Of a stretch of DNA of 64,000 nt, positions 39,225-49,086 are shown one piece after another (position 1 is the stretch's first letter; each line of letters opens with the position of its first letter). Under the pieces are notes generated by a model. The model was given only the letters and a program-made list of their open reading frames with translations, did not search any database and was not told the origin of the DNA. The stretch covers positions 1 to 64,000 of the IMG/VR virus record IMGVR_UViG_3300024518_005299; one strand, given 5' to 3'. Both the position numbers and the translations under genes were made by a program. The DNA comes from a virus.

Positions 39225-39752
39225 ATGGCGCTTTTTGATTTTGAAATCGTTTATTCAGGCATAGCGTCAATTCCGACAGCTCCAGATATTGAAGTTGGTA
39301 TTACAGTATATTCTCGATTTGTTAATTTATATAATGAGTTACATGAAATCTCAATGTATTTGAATCCCGACATTATGAGTAGTGGGTTTAACGCTATTCA
39401 AGTAGGCGGTACGGCAATTGGTGGATCATTAGAGCAATATATAGGCTTGGTAGTTAATCAAAGGAATCAAAGAAGAATAATTGTATATGCTAATAGTAGA
39501 GAATTTATTTGTCATACACGACCAGATGAAAGATTTGAAATAGATGATACGGTGCTTGTATATGCACATATTAGTCATAGATCAGGACGTTTTGGTAGTC
39601 CGGTTTGGAATGCAACTAAGAAAATGTTAACACGACCAGGTATATTATCTATGATTGTGGATTTACAGGGCGCGGGCGGATCAGGTATTGGTAGAATAAA
39701 CGTAGACCCATATTCAGGAGAGATACATTATGGCTCGGGCTTGGAATCCTAA
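39225..39752 (+). CDS. AT-rich hypothetical tail-region protein
   Basis: 175-aa ORF after the terminator. Confidence 0.7.
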   Translation: MALFDFEIVYSGIASIPTAPDIEVGITVYSRFVNLYNELHEISMYLNPDIMSSGFNAIQVGGTAIGGSLEQYIGLVVNQRNQRRIIVYANSREFICHTRPDERFEIDDTVLVYAHISHRSGRFGSPVWNATKKMLTRPGILSMIVDLQGAGGSGIGRINVDPYSGEIHYGSGLES

Positions 39753-42700
39753 TCCTGGTTCAGTAAATTATTGGAGGAGTGACAATCCATGTTTGGTATT
39801 ACTCCATCTTATGGGTGATGACGAACCCCCTCCACCAACAGCAGCGTCCTTAGGCCCATGGTCCACATTTCGTAAAGATAGCGGTCCAATGAAGCTTCAT
39901 GTTACTGATGGGACAAATCCTGACGCGGCTAGTTTTGAAACTAATATTGGAGTAGCCACTACTGGACTTGCACCTTCACAAAACTTTGGTGATGGAACAG
40001 GACATCCAACTACGAGTGATAGCGGTTTAATATTCAATGGCTCTAGTTGGGTTGCTGGAGCACATGCTGAGGGGTTTGGCGTTAATTTTGGTGATTACTT
40101 AATGGAGCGTGAAAACGCTACCAGTAATGGTGGTATGGGCACCTGGAGTTTTTCTAACCCAAGTGGCTTGACGATATGTGGCTGGTGTAATTTTGCAAAA
40201 ACTTCAACAAACACTTCTACTTATCGTCGTATTGTTGGGGTTCGTAGTATTGAAGGATCAACCAACGGTGGTTGGAGTGTGTCTATACGTCCTAATGATA
40301 TGTCGTTACGTTGGGAATTTGTAATTGCTGGAGGCACACGGTTACGAGCCGTTACCACGATTGGAAATGCCAATAACCCTGTGCCTGATGAACCGTTTTT
40401 CTTTGCGTGTCAAATTAGTCGTGATAGAGAAAATGAACAGGGTACAGGATATACTAGTTGTAATGCTAGTGGAGTAATGTCTATTTGGATTGGGACTCCT
40501 CAAAGTGGTTTAATTCATACTACACGAGGATCATTTGCTCACTCTAATGTTTGTGGATGGGGACCACTTCGTGCAGATTATATCTCTTATGGAGGAACTG
40601 GTAATGGAGTAAACGGGATTTCTAGTAGTGAGCATTTGTCTCCAAATAGCGTTATTGACTCTATTGCGGTGATAAACGACGCGCCCAGCACTTCTGGCTT
40701 GGAAGTCTTACGTTTGAATGGTTGGAATCATGTTCCGGCAACTTCAGATGTAGAGCATTCTAGTTTTGTACCAGTATTACCTGGTACAGAGGATCTAGTG
40801 GGATATTGGGATTGGATTGATGAGTTTACTTCACAGGGTGAAGATAGTTTTGTACTATTAAATAAAGCCCCCACAACATCAGGCATTTTACCGATTGATT
40901 TTATCGCCCCCGGTGGTGCGTCTTTTGGTGCAACTTTTTCCACTGCTGATAATACGGCTGATCCGGTTGTACCATTTACTAATAAGTCTATGATTCCAAA
41001 CGAGACTACGACGGTTGGTGGGCAAATTAGCAATGTTAATGATACAGGGATTGGAGTATTAATTCCTGCCGGTAGTGGGATTAATCATCTTTTTCCATCC
41101 ACTAATCCAGGCAAAGAGGGATGGACGTGGATTTATTGGGCTCAAAATGCAGTGGAGATAGGATGGCAGCATAAGACATTAACACAAAATAATACTAAGT
41201 TTGTTGAAAACTATGGAGATGCCTCTAACTTTGAGAATCCAGGATCATACAATGTAAACTTTAGAGGTAGTGGTATTATCAAAGAAGGCATTATGTATAC
41301 CCCAGCAGCCACTACTAATAATCGTAATTTACGAAAAGTAGCTACAGATGAATGGCACCTTAGAGCTATCGTGTGGCAAACAGATGCCACGATGGTGTAT
41401 AGTTATTGGGATGGTAATTCATTAGAGTTTGCTAGTCAACGCGCCCATCCTTCATCTGGCTTTTCTAAAGAAGGACATGTTGAAGATCCGGACGCCAGCG
41501 TTTTTCGTATTCGGAATGCTACGCCAGGTAGTGTGACGACTTCACAATGGGGTCCTGTTGCAGTATATAATCGTATTCTAAGTGTGGCTGAAATGTCTGG
41601 CTGGGCTTTAAGCGGTGTGAGTACGGTTCCGTTCGTATCACCTATTGGTACGAATTTTAAACAAACCTTAGGTTATTGGCCACTAGACGAATTTACAGTA
41701 TATCATCCAACAATTGTGTCTGGGGTGCGTCTGAATGATGAGAGTTGGTATCGTCATCATTTGACAAATGTTAGTGGGCAATTTAGCTTTGATGCCGATC
41801 CGCTTAATTCGCGTATTGCTAATAATGCCTTGCAGGTTGATACTAGTGGAGCTATGGTTTCCTTAGAAAGAATTTTCACTGGAAGCAACTTAGATATGTC
41901 AAATACACGCGTTGTAGGATCCAGCGGGTTCTCGATGGGTTGTTGGATGCACTTACCATCCGGAGATTTAGAAACCCAAGGTAATGGCTCTAGTGGATTA
42001 TTTGGCGACCATATGTTTATGGGTTGTTGGGACCAAGAGGTTGATAGTCGATCCTGGTTTTTGGGCATGGTTGATAATAAGATACGTGGTCGTGTTGTTT
42101 TAGATGACGGAACCGTGCGTAATTTTAGCACCAATCTCACGCCTCGTTTTAATGATAAGTTTTTCGTGGGCATGGACGTGCAACCATCAGGTAGTGTGTT
42201 GAATGGTCGTATGTTTTATGCTGAAGAATTTGCAGATGATGAGTTTTTAGCTATTCATGATTCAACATTTGGTAATTCAACCGACGTCTTACAGAGTGTT
42301 GGCGCCAGTGGTTTTAGTATTCTAAATGCTCCTAATTTACAATTTGGTTTTCCATCAGGAACTAGGATGAATAATCCATTTGTTTATGCTGGCGCCCCTA
42401 TTGTATCGGATTGGATTGGTATTAAACAGGCTGGAATTAATGAGGTAACTTTAGGTTCAGGGGCTGTTTCTGTTACGGATCCTGAAAACATTAGTCATTG
42501 GAAATTTGATGATCAAGCTTCGCGTTTTGTTGACTTTGGTAAGGAGCAAAACTTTTTATTCCCCATCAATCAAGATGGCAATAAAATTGGTGTCATAGGC
42601 GCTATCCATAGTAGTGGCGTTGTCATTAGACGACCAGAATATTATGATACTTTAGCTAATAATCCTCAATCACGTCGCCTAGATTTAGGATCGGGCAACC

Positions 42701-44241
42701 AGTCGTGGACATTCTTAAGTTGGGTATTCCCGCCTACTATTTCAAATTCTGATCGCCATTACATCATGGCCAAGAGTGATGGTATGTCTGGTATTCAGGT
42801 TTACACACCGCCTGATAGTTTGAACCCAACTACGAATGCCTCGGGCATAATATCAGCTAGTGAAAATGGAAGCTTAGCTCCAGGACAATGGAATCATCTA
42901 GCCGTAGTATTTGATCGTAACAATAACGAATTCACAACGATTGTCAATGGTCGTTATGCCGGTACTACCTTTGACACTTTAGTAGAAGTGCCTGTAAATA
43001 ATTCTGGCATGGCATTCGGTGGTCGTGGAGATCAACAACTTGTGGCTTTGCCTGGAGGTAGTGCGTTTTCTGGTTATCTAGATGACCCAATGTTATTCTC
43101 CAGGGCTCTTACCCTACCGGAAGTCTCAGGGTTAGCAGCTAATAGTTATAGCTATAATGATGGGTATACTGAATTTACAGGAGGCCCAGTTGGTGGTTAT
43201 ATAAGTGGTCTTCCACAATTTATTATCTCAGGCTTAATTGGTTCGTTCTTACATGGTTCGGCTCAAGACGTTGAATTGATTGGTGGTTATGTCAGTGGTG
43301 TCGAGGGATTGTGTATTCCATATGGTGGTTTTATACATGGTAAAGCATTCACCAGTGGGCATATAGGCGCATTCCTACATGGATCTAAAGAAGCCAGTGG
43401 AGTCTTTGGGCACTTCATTCATGGTATTGATAGCGTTAGTGGATTCATTGGTCATTATGCGTTCGGTGCATGTGAGTCTAATGGCGAGTTTGATGTGATC
43501 CTTAATTTTTCTGTTATTACCAATAAAAGTTTTGATGCGCGGCTAGGTGTTGAGAAGACACAATTTATTGACTTTGATGCTAAGCTAGGTGTTATTCGAA
43601 TTACACAACCACCAAGCTGCACGTTTGAAGCGCCTCTAACTGGAGAGCTTGGATCGGGCACACCATTTGTACTAACCGTTAGTGGTAGTGGTATTGCGCA
43701 AGATAATAAAGATATCATTGGAACTCGTTTTACATTTGCTGATTTTAAAGACGCTGAAAAGGGTACGTTAGTTGGTGGTGTTGCTAATAGTGGGTTATAT
43801 CAAGCACAGCGCGAGTTTGATACGGCAGGTTGGTTCACGCTGAAAATCGAAGTTATCGACAGCTTTGGTTATCGTGCTAGTTGCTGTCGTCCATTTTTAC
43901 TCGTGCCATCCGGCTCTACATCAGGCGCATTCATCAATAGCCTACCAGGAGTTTCAATTGAAAGTTCAACAAATACTGGTAGTGCCATTAATACGGTATC
44001 CTTTACGCACTCATTATCGGGTTTAGATACAACCAGCGGGTTGTTATCGTACACGGATTACAGTGATCAACAAGAGAGTTTAGTTGACAGCTTAGAGATG
44101 CCAGTGGGCACTCAGTTTGTTGACTTTGTTAGGAGGCATGACTACACCATGCCAGGTTTTTACTGCCCTATCTTTGTTGTCTCGGGCGAGTTCGGCATTG
44201 TGTCGGATACCGTTGCGAATGGAATTGACTACATTGTTTAA
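39730..44241 (+). CDS. multi-LamG (concanavalin A-like) tail/receptor-binding protein
   Basis: Repeated LVGYWDW/LGYWPLDE/ISHWKFDD starts; WNHLAVVFD; FSGYLDD...FSRALT. Confidence 0.8.
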   Translation: MARAWNPNPGSVNYWRSDNPCLVLLHLMGDDEPPPPTAASLGPWSTFRKDSGPMKLHVTDGTNPDAASFETNIGVATTGLAPSQNFGDGTGHPTTSDSGLIFNGSSWVAGAHAEGFGVNFGDYLMERENATSNGGMGTWSFSNPSGLTICGWCNFAKTSTNTSTYRRIVGVRSIEGSTNGGWSVSIRPNDMSLRWEFVIAGGTRLRAVTTIGNANNPVPDEPFFFACQISRDRENEQGTGYTSCNASGVMSIWIGTPQSGLIHTTRGSFAHSNVCGWGPLRADYISYGGTGNGVNGISSSEHLSPNSVIDSIAVINDAPSTSGLEVLRLNGWNHVPATSDVEHSSFVPVLPGTEDLVGYWDWIDEFTSQGEDSFVLLNKAPTTSGILPIDFIAPGGASFGATFSTADNTADPVVPFTNKSMIPNETTTVGGQISNVNDTGIGVLIPAGSGINHLFPSTNPGKEGWTWIYWAQNAVEIGWQHKTLTQNNTKFVENYGDASNFENPGSYNVNFRGSGIIKEGIMYTPAATTNNRNLRKVATDEWHLRAIVWQTDATMVYSYWDGNSLEFASQRAHPSSGFSKEGHVEDPDASVFRIRNATPGSVTTSQWGPVAVYNRILSVAEMSGWALSGVSTVPFVSPIGTNFKQTLGYWPLDEFTVYHPTIVSGVRLNDESWYRHHLTNVSGQFSFDADPLNSRIANNALQVDTSGAMVSLERIFTGSNLDMSNTRVVGSSGFSMGCWMHLPSGDLETQGNGSSGLFGDHMFMGCWDQEVDSRSWFLGMVDNKIRGRVVLDDGTVRNFSTNLTPRFNDKFFVGMDVQPSGSVLNGRMFYAEEFADDEFLAIHDSTFGNSTDVLQSVGASGFSILNAPNLQFGFPSGTRMNNPFVYAGAPIVSDWIGIKQAGINEVTLGSGAVSVTDPENISHWKFDDQASRFVDFGKEQNFLFPINQDGNKIGVIGAIHSSGVVIRRPEYYDTLANNPQSRRLDLGSGNQSWTFLSWVFPPTISNSDRHYIMAKSDGMSGIQVYTPPDSLNPTTNASGIISASENGSLAPGQWNHLAVVFDRNNNEFTTIVNGRYAGTTFDTLVEVPVNNSGMAFGGRGDQQLVALPGGSAFSGYLDDPMLFSRALTLPEVSGLAANSYSYNDGYTEFTGGPVGGYISGLPQFIISGLIGSFLHGSAQDVELIGGYVSGVEGLCIPYGGFIHGKAFTSGHIGAFLHGSKEASGVFGHFIHGIDSVSGFIGHYAFGACESNGEFDVILNFSVITNKSFDARLGVEKTQFIDFDAKLGVIRITQPPSCTFEAPLTGELGSGTPFVLTVSGSGIAQDNKDIIGTRFTFADFKDAEKGTLVGGVANSGLYQAQREFDTAGWFTLKIEVIDSFGYRASCCRPFLLVPSGSTSGAFINSLPGVSIESSTNTGSAINTVSFTHSLSGLDTTSGLLSYTDYSDQQESLVDSLEMPVGTQFVDFVRRHDYTMPGFYCPIFVVSGEFGIVSDTVANGIDYIV

Positions 44242-44877
44242 ATGAGAAAAACACTTCATCAAAAGGATTTAGATTTTTTTCAAACACCTAATGAACTTAA
44301 TTGTTATTGGGCGGGTTTCATAGCGGCTGATGGAAATATCCAGCCTTCTAAAAATACTGTATGCGTTGTGCTTGCAGCAAAAGACAAATGTCATTTGGAA
44401 AAATTAGCAAAAGATATTCAGTATACTGGATCTGTTAAAGACACTATTACTAAACTAAATAATAAATCTTATCCGGGTGCCCGTTTGAGTATTTGTGGCG
44501 CATCTAATATCATCCACGATCTAGAATTGAATTTCAACATCATAGCCAATAAGTCTTTGACCTTACAATCACCCCAACATCTATCTAGAAGATTATCGTT
44601 GGCATTTATTATTGGATATTTTGATGGTGATGGCTCTACTGGAGTATACAAAAGTACAGGTCGTAGAATGGTGTTTTTAGGCACTTACGATATGCTTAGC
44701 TGGATTAAAGTAATATTTGATGAAGAGTTTCCACAACATGTTTATAAAAATCTGCCCACTGTACGTAAACATAAGGGCATATATGAATATGGCGTTTGTG
44801 GTAAAAGGGCAGAGTATATCATGTCCAAATTGCGAGAAATTGATGTGCCTCGTCTGGGAAGAAAGTGGGCTAGATGA
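44242..44877 (+). CDS. LAGLIDADG homing endonuclease
   Basis: YWAGFIAADGNI and FIIGYFDGDGS. Confidence 0.9.
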   Translation: MRKTLHQKDLDFFQTPNELNCYWAGFIAADGNIQPSKNTVCVVLAAKDKCHLEKLAKDIQYTGSVKDTITKLNNKSYPGARLSICGASNIIHDLELNFNIIANKSLTLQSPQHLSRRLSLAFIIGYFDGDGSTGVYKSTGRRMVFLGTYDMLSWIKVIFDEEFPQHVYKNLPTVRKHKGIYEYGVCGKRAEYIMSKLREIDVPRLGRKWAR

Positions 44878-47120
44878 CATGTTCAGACGATCCATCAGGA
44901 GTATTTGAATTTATAACTCGTCCTATTACTTATCCTAGACTACCGTTTCAGTTGACGTCAGGTGAGTTGGTGACGTTTGAATCAAGATTCTTTTCATTAC
45001 CGGCATATAGTCTATTAGCTGCCAAACGCCTATTTACAGAATCGGCTTCTCATCCTATCGCCAGTGGTGACGTTAAGCTTTACATCAATAAAGATGCGGG
45101 GATCGCTCCTAATATTGAGCCCACTCTAAGCGGCGTTGAGTATCTAGACGGGACGCCACACTATGTGGATTATATAACAGACATGCGTTCGCTCCTTAGT
45201 GAGGTAGTTAACTTACAAGCAGCAGATTCTGATTGGCTTGCATCTCATTTTCTAGAAGCTCATTTAAGTAACGCTCGTGCAACCTATGCTACAGACGTGG
45301 GGGATGGTCAATTTGTACATCCCGAACCAACTAGCACGGTCCCTTCTGGAGCAACTCCTCCTGGATCTTCAGGTTCTATCCAGCCTCCTGGTGATGGATT
45401 TGAATTAGGCGCACAACAAATGATGGATATTGATATGGATGAGATTATGTATCTTCCAATCATCCGTCCTAAAAATCAAAGTTCAACATCGATTGATACT
45501 GCTTCTATTCCTACTGAGCCAATATTTCCTGCCGTGATTACTACAGCAGGTGCAGCGCCAATATTAAATTCTTTTGATGAAAATAATTATAATCAGCTTG
45601 CTTTAGGGGTTCATGCCTCTGGCGGTGGGTTGTTAGTGACTGGAGATGTATTAATCAATGGAGCGCAGGCTCCTGATCTTACATCACCTTCCGTTAAGTT
45701 TTTGACTGGGTCTGGTCAAACCGGAGTAGCAGAAGGAGCATTTAGAGAAGAAATTCCATGGGCTTTATATCCTGCGCAAAGGGAACTTTGTTCTTACTAC
45801 ACGCCAGAAGTTGCGATTAACACAATCAACGCATCGGGGCGGCAGGCGCTCTTCGATGTTCCCGGCGTGTCTTTAACAAACAATACAGTATTGCTTCTAA
45901 ATGTATCCGAGGCGGGTACTAGTGGACAAGTAGTTGCTAATTATCCTGCAAATTACCATGCCACAAGTGGTATTGATGCCAATGGACATGCACATAACGG
46001 TGTTCATGTTTGTAATAAGTTGATCTATGATGTAGGTAGTAACCCGGCAGTTGGTTTTAGTCCTGTTAATGGTCAGAAAGTATTTGCTCATTATCTCGAT
46101 TCGTCTTCTACCAGTTCGAAAGGTCGTCCGTGGTCGTCTGCAGCAGCAAAATATCAAAATGGTGATAACCTATTTGGAAAGGGTCAAATCGTTACCGCGT
46201 TTGATGGAAGCACTGGTTCGGTTATTAACTGGGCTAGTACTAATAATACATTTTCGCCAGTGTCTTGGGCAGAGCTTAAAACAGAGGCGTTACAACCCAT
46301 TGTCTTCTTTGGTCATGCGAGTGTTAATTTTCAGACAGCAGACATACAGGCGGGGTCTGATCGTGGAGTTATATCGCTTAAACAATATGCACAATGGGGA
46401 TTTATTGATACTATCGTCTTTCCTGATTTAGATCGCGCGCAGGGTGGACAACGTAAGACGAGTACTATCACTACAACAACTAGTAGTTATAAAGAAGGTA
46501 AGAATTCTATTGGGGAATTTGCTTGGATTGAGTTAGATGATTCTCCGGTGACTACGACATCCGACATTATATTTTACGAGAATACATTTGGTGTTAACAA
46601 TATCTTTTCATTCTTTTTTGATCAAAGGCCCGGTAATGGATTTGTGCATGTCAATGGAGATATTTATGTGCAGTGGACCCTTCTCTCATTTGCGGCTGGT
46701 GATGCCACTTTGCGCAATAATCTATTTGCTCCTATCGGTGATAGGTCATTTATATTAACGCCACCGGAGAGTCGATCTGATGTGATCGTCACTATTGGAT
46801 TTTTCCCATCATGGGCGCGACGTCGTTATATTACTGTTAATAACCAAGTTTCAGTTCCAAGGAACATTGAGTTGTCGCCAGCTAATTCATCCACTATTTC
46901 ATTTGATCCGGATATTGGATTTGATGATACTTTTGTCACAGAATATAGCGCTCCAGTTTGGGATCCAGACAATGGGGTAAATTATCTTTATTTTCGATGG
47001 AGCGATGGTGGTTCGACCAGGATCTTTTTTGCTCATATGAATACAGATTTTGTCATTTTTCGAATTAACCAAGTGTCTGAGGGCGTCTTATTTGGTAGGC
47101 CAGTCCTATTGTCAATTTAA
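44874..47120 (+). CDS. putative tail/receptor-binding protein
   Basis: Tail module; beta-rich C-terminal half. Confidence 0.5.
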   Translation: MTCSDDPSGVFEFITRPITYPRLPFQLTSGELVTFESRFFSLPAYSLLAAKRLFTESASHPIASGDVKLYINKDAGIAPNIEPTLSGVEYLDGTPHYVDYITDMRSLLSEVVNLQAADSDWLASHFLEAHLSNARATYATDVGDGQFVHPEPTSTVPSGATPPGSSGSIQPPGDGFELGAQQMMDIDMDEIMYLPIIRPKNQSSTSIDTASIPTEPIFPAVITTAGAAPILNSFDENNYNQLALGVHASGGGLLVTGDVLINGAQAPDLTSPSVKFLTGSGQTGVAEGAFREEIPWALYPAQRELCSYYTPEVAINTINASGRQALFDVPGVSLTNNTVLLLNVSEAGTSGQVVANYPANYHATSGIDANGHAHNGVHVCNKLIYDVGSNPAVGFSPVNGQKVFAHYLDSSSTSSKGRPWSSAAAKYQNGDNLFGKGQIVTAFDGSTGSVINWASTNNTFSPVSWAELKTEALQPIVFFGHASVNFQTADIQAGSDRGVISLKQYAQWGFIDTIVFPDLDRAQGGQRKTSTITTTTSSYKEGKNSIGEFAWIELDDSPVTTTSDIIFYENTFGVNNIFSFFFDQRPGNGFVHVNGDIYVQWTLLSFAAGDATLRNNLFAPIGDRSFILTPPESRSDVIVTIGFFPSWARRRYITVNNQVSVPRNIELSPANSSTISFDPDIGFDDTFVTEYSAPVWDPDNGVNYLYFRWSDGGSTRIFFAHMNTDFVIFRINQVSEGVLFGRPVLLSI

Positions 47121-47132
47121 GATTTATTCTAT

Positions 47133-47143
47133 TTAGTGTATAA
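47133..47143 (+). promoter_or_regulatory. putative late promoter TTAGTGTATAA
   Basis: Motif copy followed by AGGAGG. Confidence 0.7.
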
Positions 47144-47160
47144 TTAAAAGGAGGATAGGA

Positions 47161-47874
47161 ATGCAAACAGGTGTGTATCAGATTAGAAATCTTAAAAATG
47201 ACAAGCTCTATATTGGCAGCGCCGCCGGTCAACGCGGTTTTGAGCACCGCTGGGGTAATCATTTGAGTGATTTGAATCTTGGTCGACACGACAATTCTTA
47301 CTTACAAAGAGCTTGGGATAAGTATGGTGCTGAAGCTTTTATTTTTGAGATTCTAGAGATGTGTCTTTCCGAGCAATGTATTGAGCGAGAGCAGCACTAT
47401 ATGGATTCTTTACTTTTTGCTAGCTGTAATGATCAGAGATTTAAACAATTAGGATATAATATTCTGAGGGTGGCTAGTAGTTCGTTAGGGTATAGACATT
47501 CTGATGAAACAAAGATTAAGATGAGCCAATCAGCTAGTGGCAAGAACCATCCTATGTTTGGTAAAAATCTTACACAAGAGCGCAGAATGAAGATTAGTAA
47601 AGCATTACAAGGTAATAAGAACTCTCAAGGCGTTGTGCGTTCTGAAGAGGAGAGGCGACGAATCTCACAATTGCATAAAGGAAAGATAGTGTCTTTAGAA
47701 ACGAGAAATAAGTTATGTTTAGCAAATGCCAAGCTAACAATAGAACAAGTGCGTCAAATTAGACATATGTTAGCATTAGGGTGTGCTCAACAAAAGATTG
47801 CGGAAGTTTTCAATATGTCGAAAAAGGCTATTTCTAAGATTAAATTAGGACAAACATGGGGTGACATCAAATGA
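47161..47874 (+). CDS. GIY-YIG homing endonuclease
   Basis: TGVYQIRNLKNDKLYIGS; NUMOD3-like repeats; C-terminal HTH. Confidence 0.9.
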   Translation: MQTGVYQIRNLKNDKLYIGSAAGQRGFEHRWGNHLSDLNLGRHDNSYLQRAWDKYGAEAFIFEILEMCLSEQCIEREQHYMDSLLFASCNDQRFKQLGYNILRVASSSLGYRHSDETKIKMSQSASGKNHPMFGKNLTQERRMKISKALQGNKNSQGVVRSEEERRRISQLHKGKIVSLETRNKLCLANAKLTIEQVRQIRHMLALGCAQQKIAEVFNMSKKAISKIKLGQTWGDIK

Positions 47875-48527
47875 ACTCGCTAACTTTTTTTGCTCCATCG
47901 GGGGCTCCTGCGTCAGGGACTGTGATTGAAGCTTTAGATCCGCCCGGTAACACCTCAGGTGCTAATAGCGTAGGATTTTTTGGAGCAGGCGGTCCTCAAG
48001 GGGTGCCATTTGCAATTATCGTTAATAAGTACCAGGATTCCACCTATATTACAGGCGTAAGCGGTTATAATATGGGCGTTGCTCCATTTGGAGTGAAGGC
48101 TAGTGGAGAACTTCTTAATACCAAATTTGAAGATACAACCTTGGCTAACGTTGCTGGTGTCGCTGGGGTAACATTAGCTGACATCCCCCAACTTTCTGGG
48201 ACCGTGCTCGTGCGCTTTGTACCATCAGGAGTTACTCCGGTGAGGACGCAAAATGTCCTATGTCGTACTGTAGTTCTTAATGCATCTAGCGGTGTAGACG
48301 ATGTGGCTGGCGTACCTGTAGGTTTAAAAATCCAAGGCTTTGAGCCTGGTGCTGATAGTTCTTGGACTCAAACGGCTGGCATTGGCGCTCTAGATAATCG
48401 CGTCTTCCTAGTTGATCACAATGCTACAGATCTAGTGCATGATTTCTTCGTATCACTTTCAGCTTCACCAGAGGCAGTTGGTGAACGTAATGATTTTGGT
48501 TTCCTATTCATAGTTGAGTTCCTTTAA
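47871..48527 (+). CDS. putative virion protein
   Basis: Gly/Val/Ala-rich beta protein with 8 Ser-Gly pairs. Confidence 0.55.
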   Translation: MNSLTFFAPSGAPASGTVIEALDPPGNTSGANSVGFFGAGGPQGVPFAIIVNKYQDSTYITGVSGYNMGVAPFGVKASGELLNTKFEDTTLANVAGVAGVTLADIPQLSGTVLVRFVPSGVTPVRTQNVLCRTVVLNASSGVDDVAGVPVGLKIQGFEPGADSSWTQTAGIGALDNRVFLVDHNATDLVHDFFVSLSASPEAVGERNDFGFLFIVEFL

Positions 48528-48611
48528 GATGTCAAAAGACATCAAGATAGGTGTCTACACTATTACTAATATTGGAAACATGTGATAGTTTTAAAATGGA
48601 GAGGTTAAACG

Positions 48612-49085
48612 ATGAATTTAAAAACGATAGCAGAAAGTGCGCCATATCATTTGGCGACTAGTATCAATCAAACTCCTTTCCACAGATTTTGGGTAGTGTT
48701 GTTAGAAAATGGTTTAGAGGTTTATCAATCTTGTGATGATCCTAAGTTAAAAGAACCAAATTCGTGGATGCGCCTTAAACAATTTTGTCAAGACAACAAT
48801 GTGAAGCCTGCGAGTATGGCGGTTGCAAGCGCAGACTTAAATCCACATACGCAGATTAATCTAGATCCTCTTGCGGAGGGTTATTTCTACACCAAGCGGA
48901 TACGTAAGTTAATAGCGGCTAATCCTAATTTTTCGGGTCGTGAAGACCACGCCCAGGGTGTCGGACAGCTATATAAGGATACGCTAAAAATTATCTGGGA
49001 GCTTGATGATGGTAGGATTGAAATGGAAGAACGGAATATCAAAGATAATCCAAAATCCAACTTGGTATCACTTATAAGAAAATAG
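48612..49085 (+). CDS. hypothetical protein
   Basis: GGAGAGGT RBS. Confidence 0.8.
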   Translation: MNLKTIAESAPYHLATSINQTPFHRFWVVLLENGLEVYQSCDDPKLKEPNSWMRLKQFCQDNNVKPASMAVASADLNPHTQINLDPLAEGYFYTKRIRKLIAANPNFSGREDHAQGVGQLYKDTLKIIWELDDGRIEMEERNIKDNPKSNLVSLIRK

Positions 49086-49086
49086 G

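Noticed and set aside
39730-47120. Diversity-generating retroelement on receptor-binding genes
   Set aside because: No reverse transcriptase and no template/variable repeat pair seen
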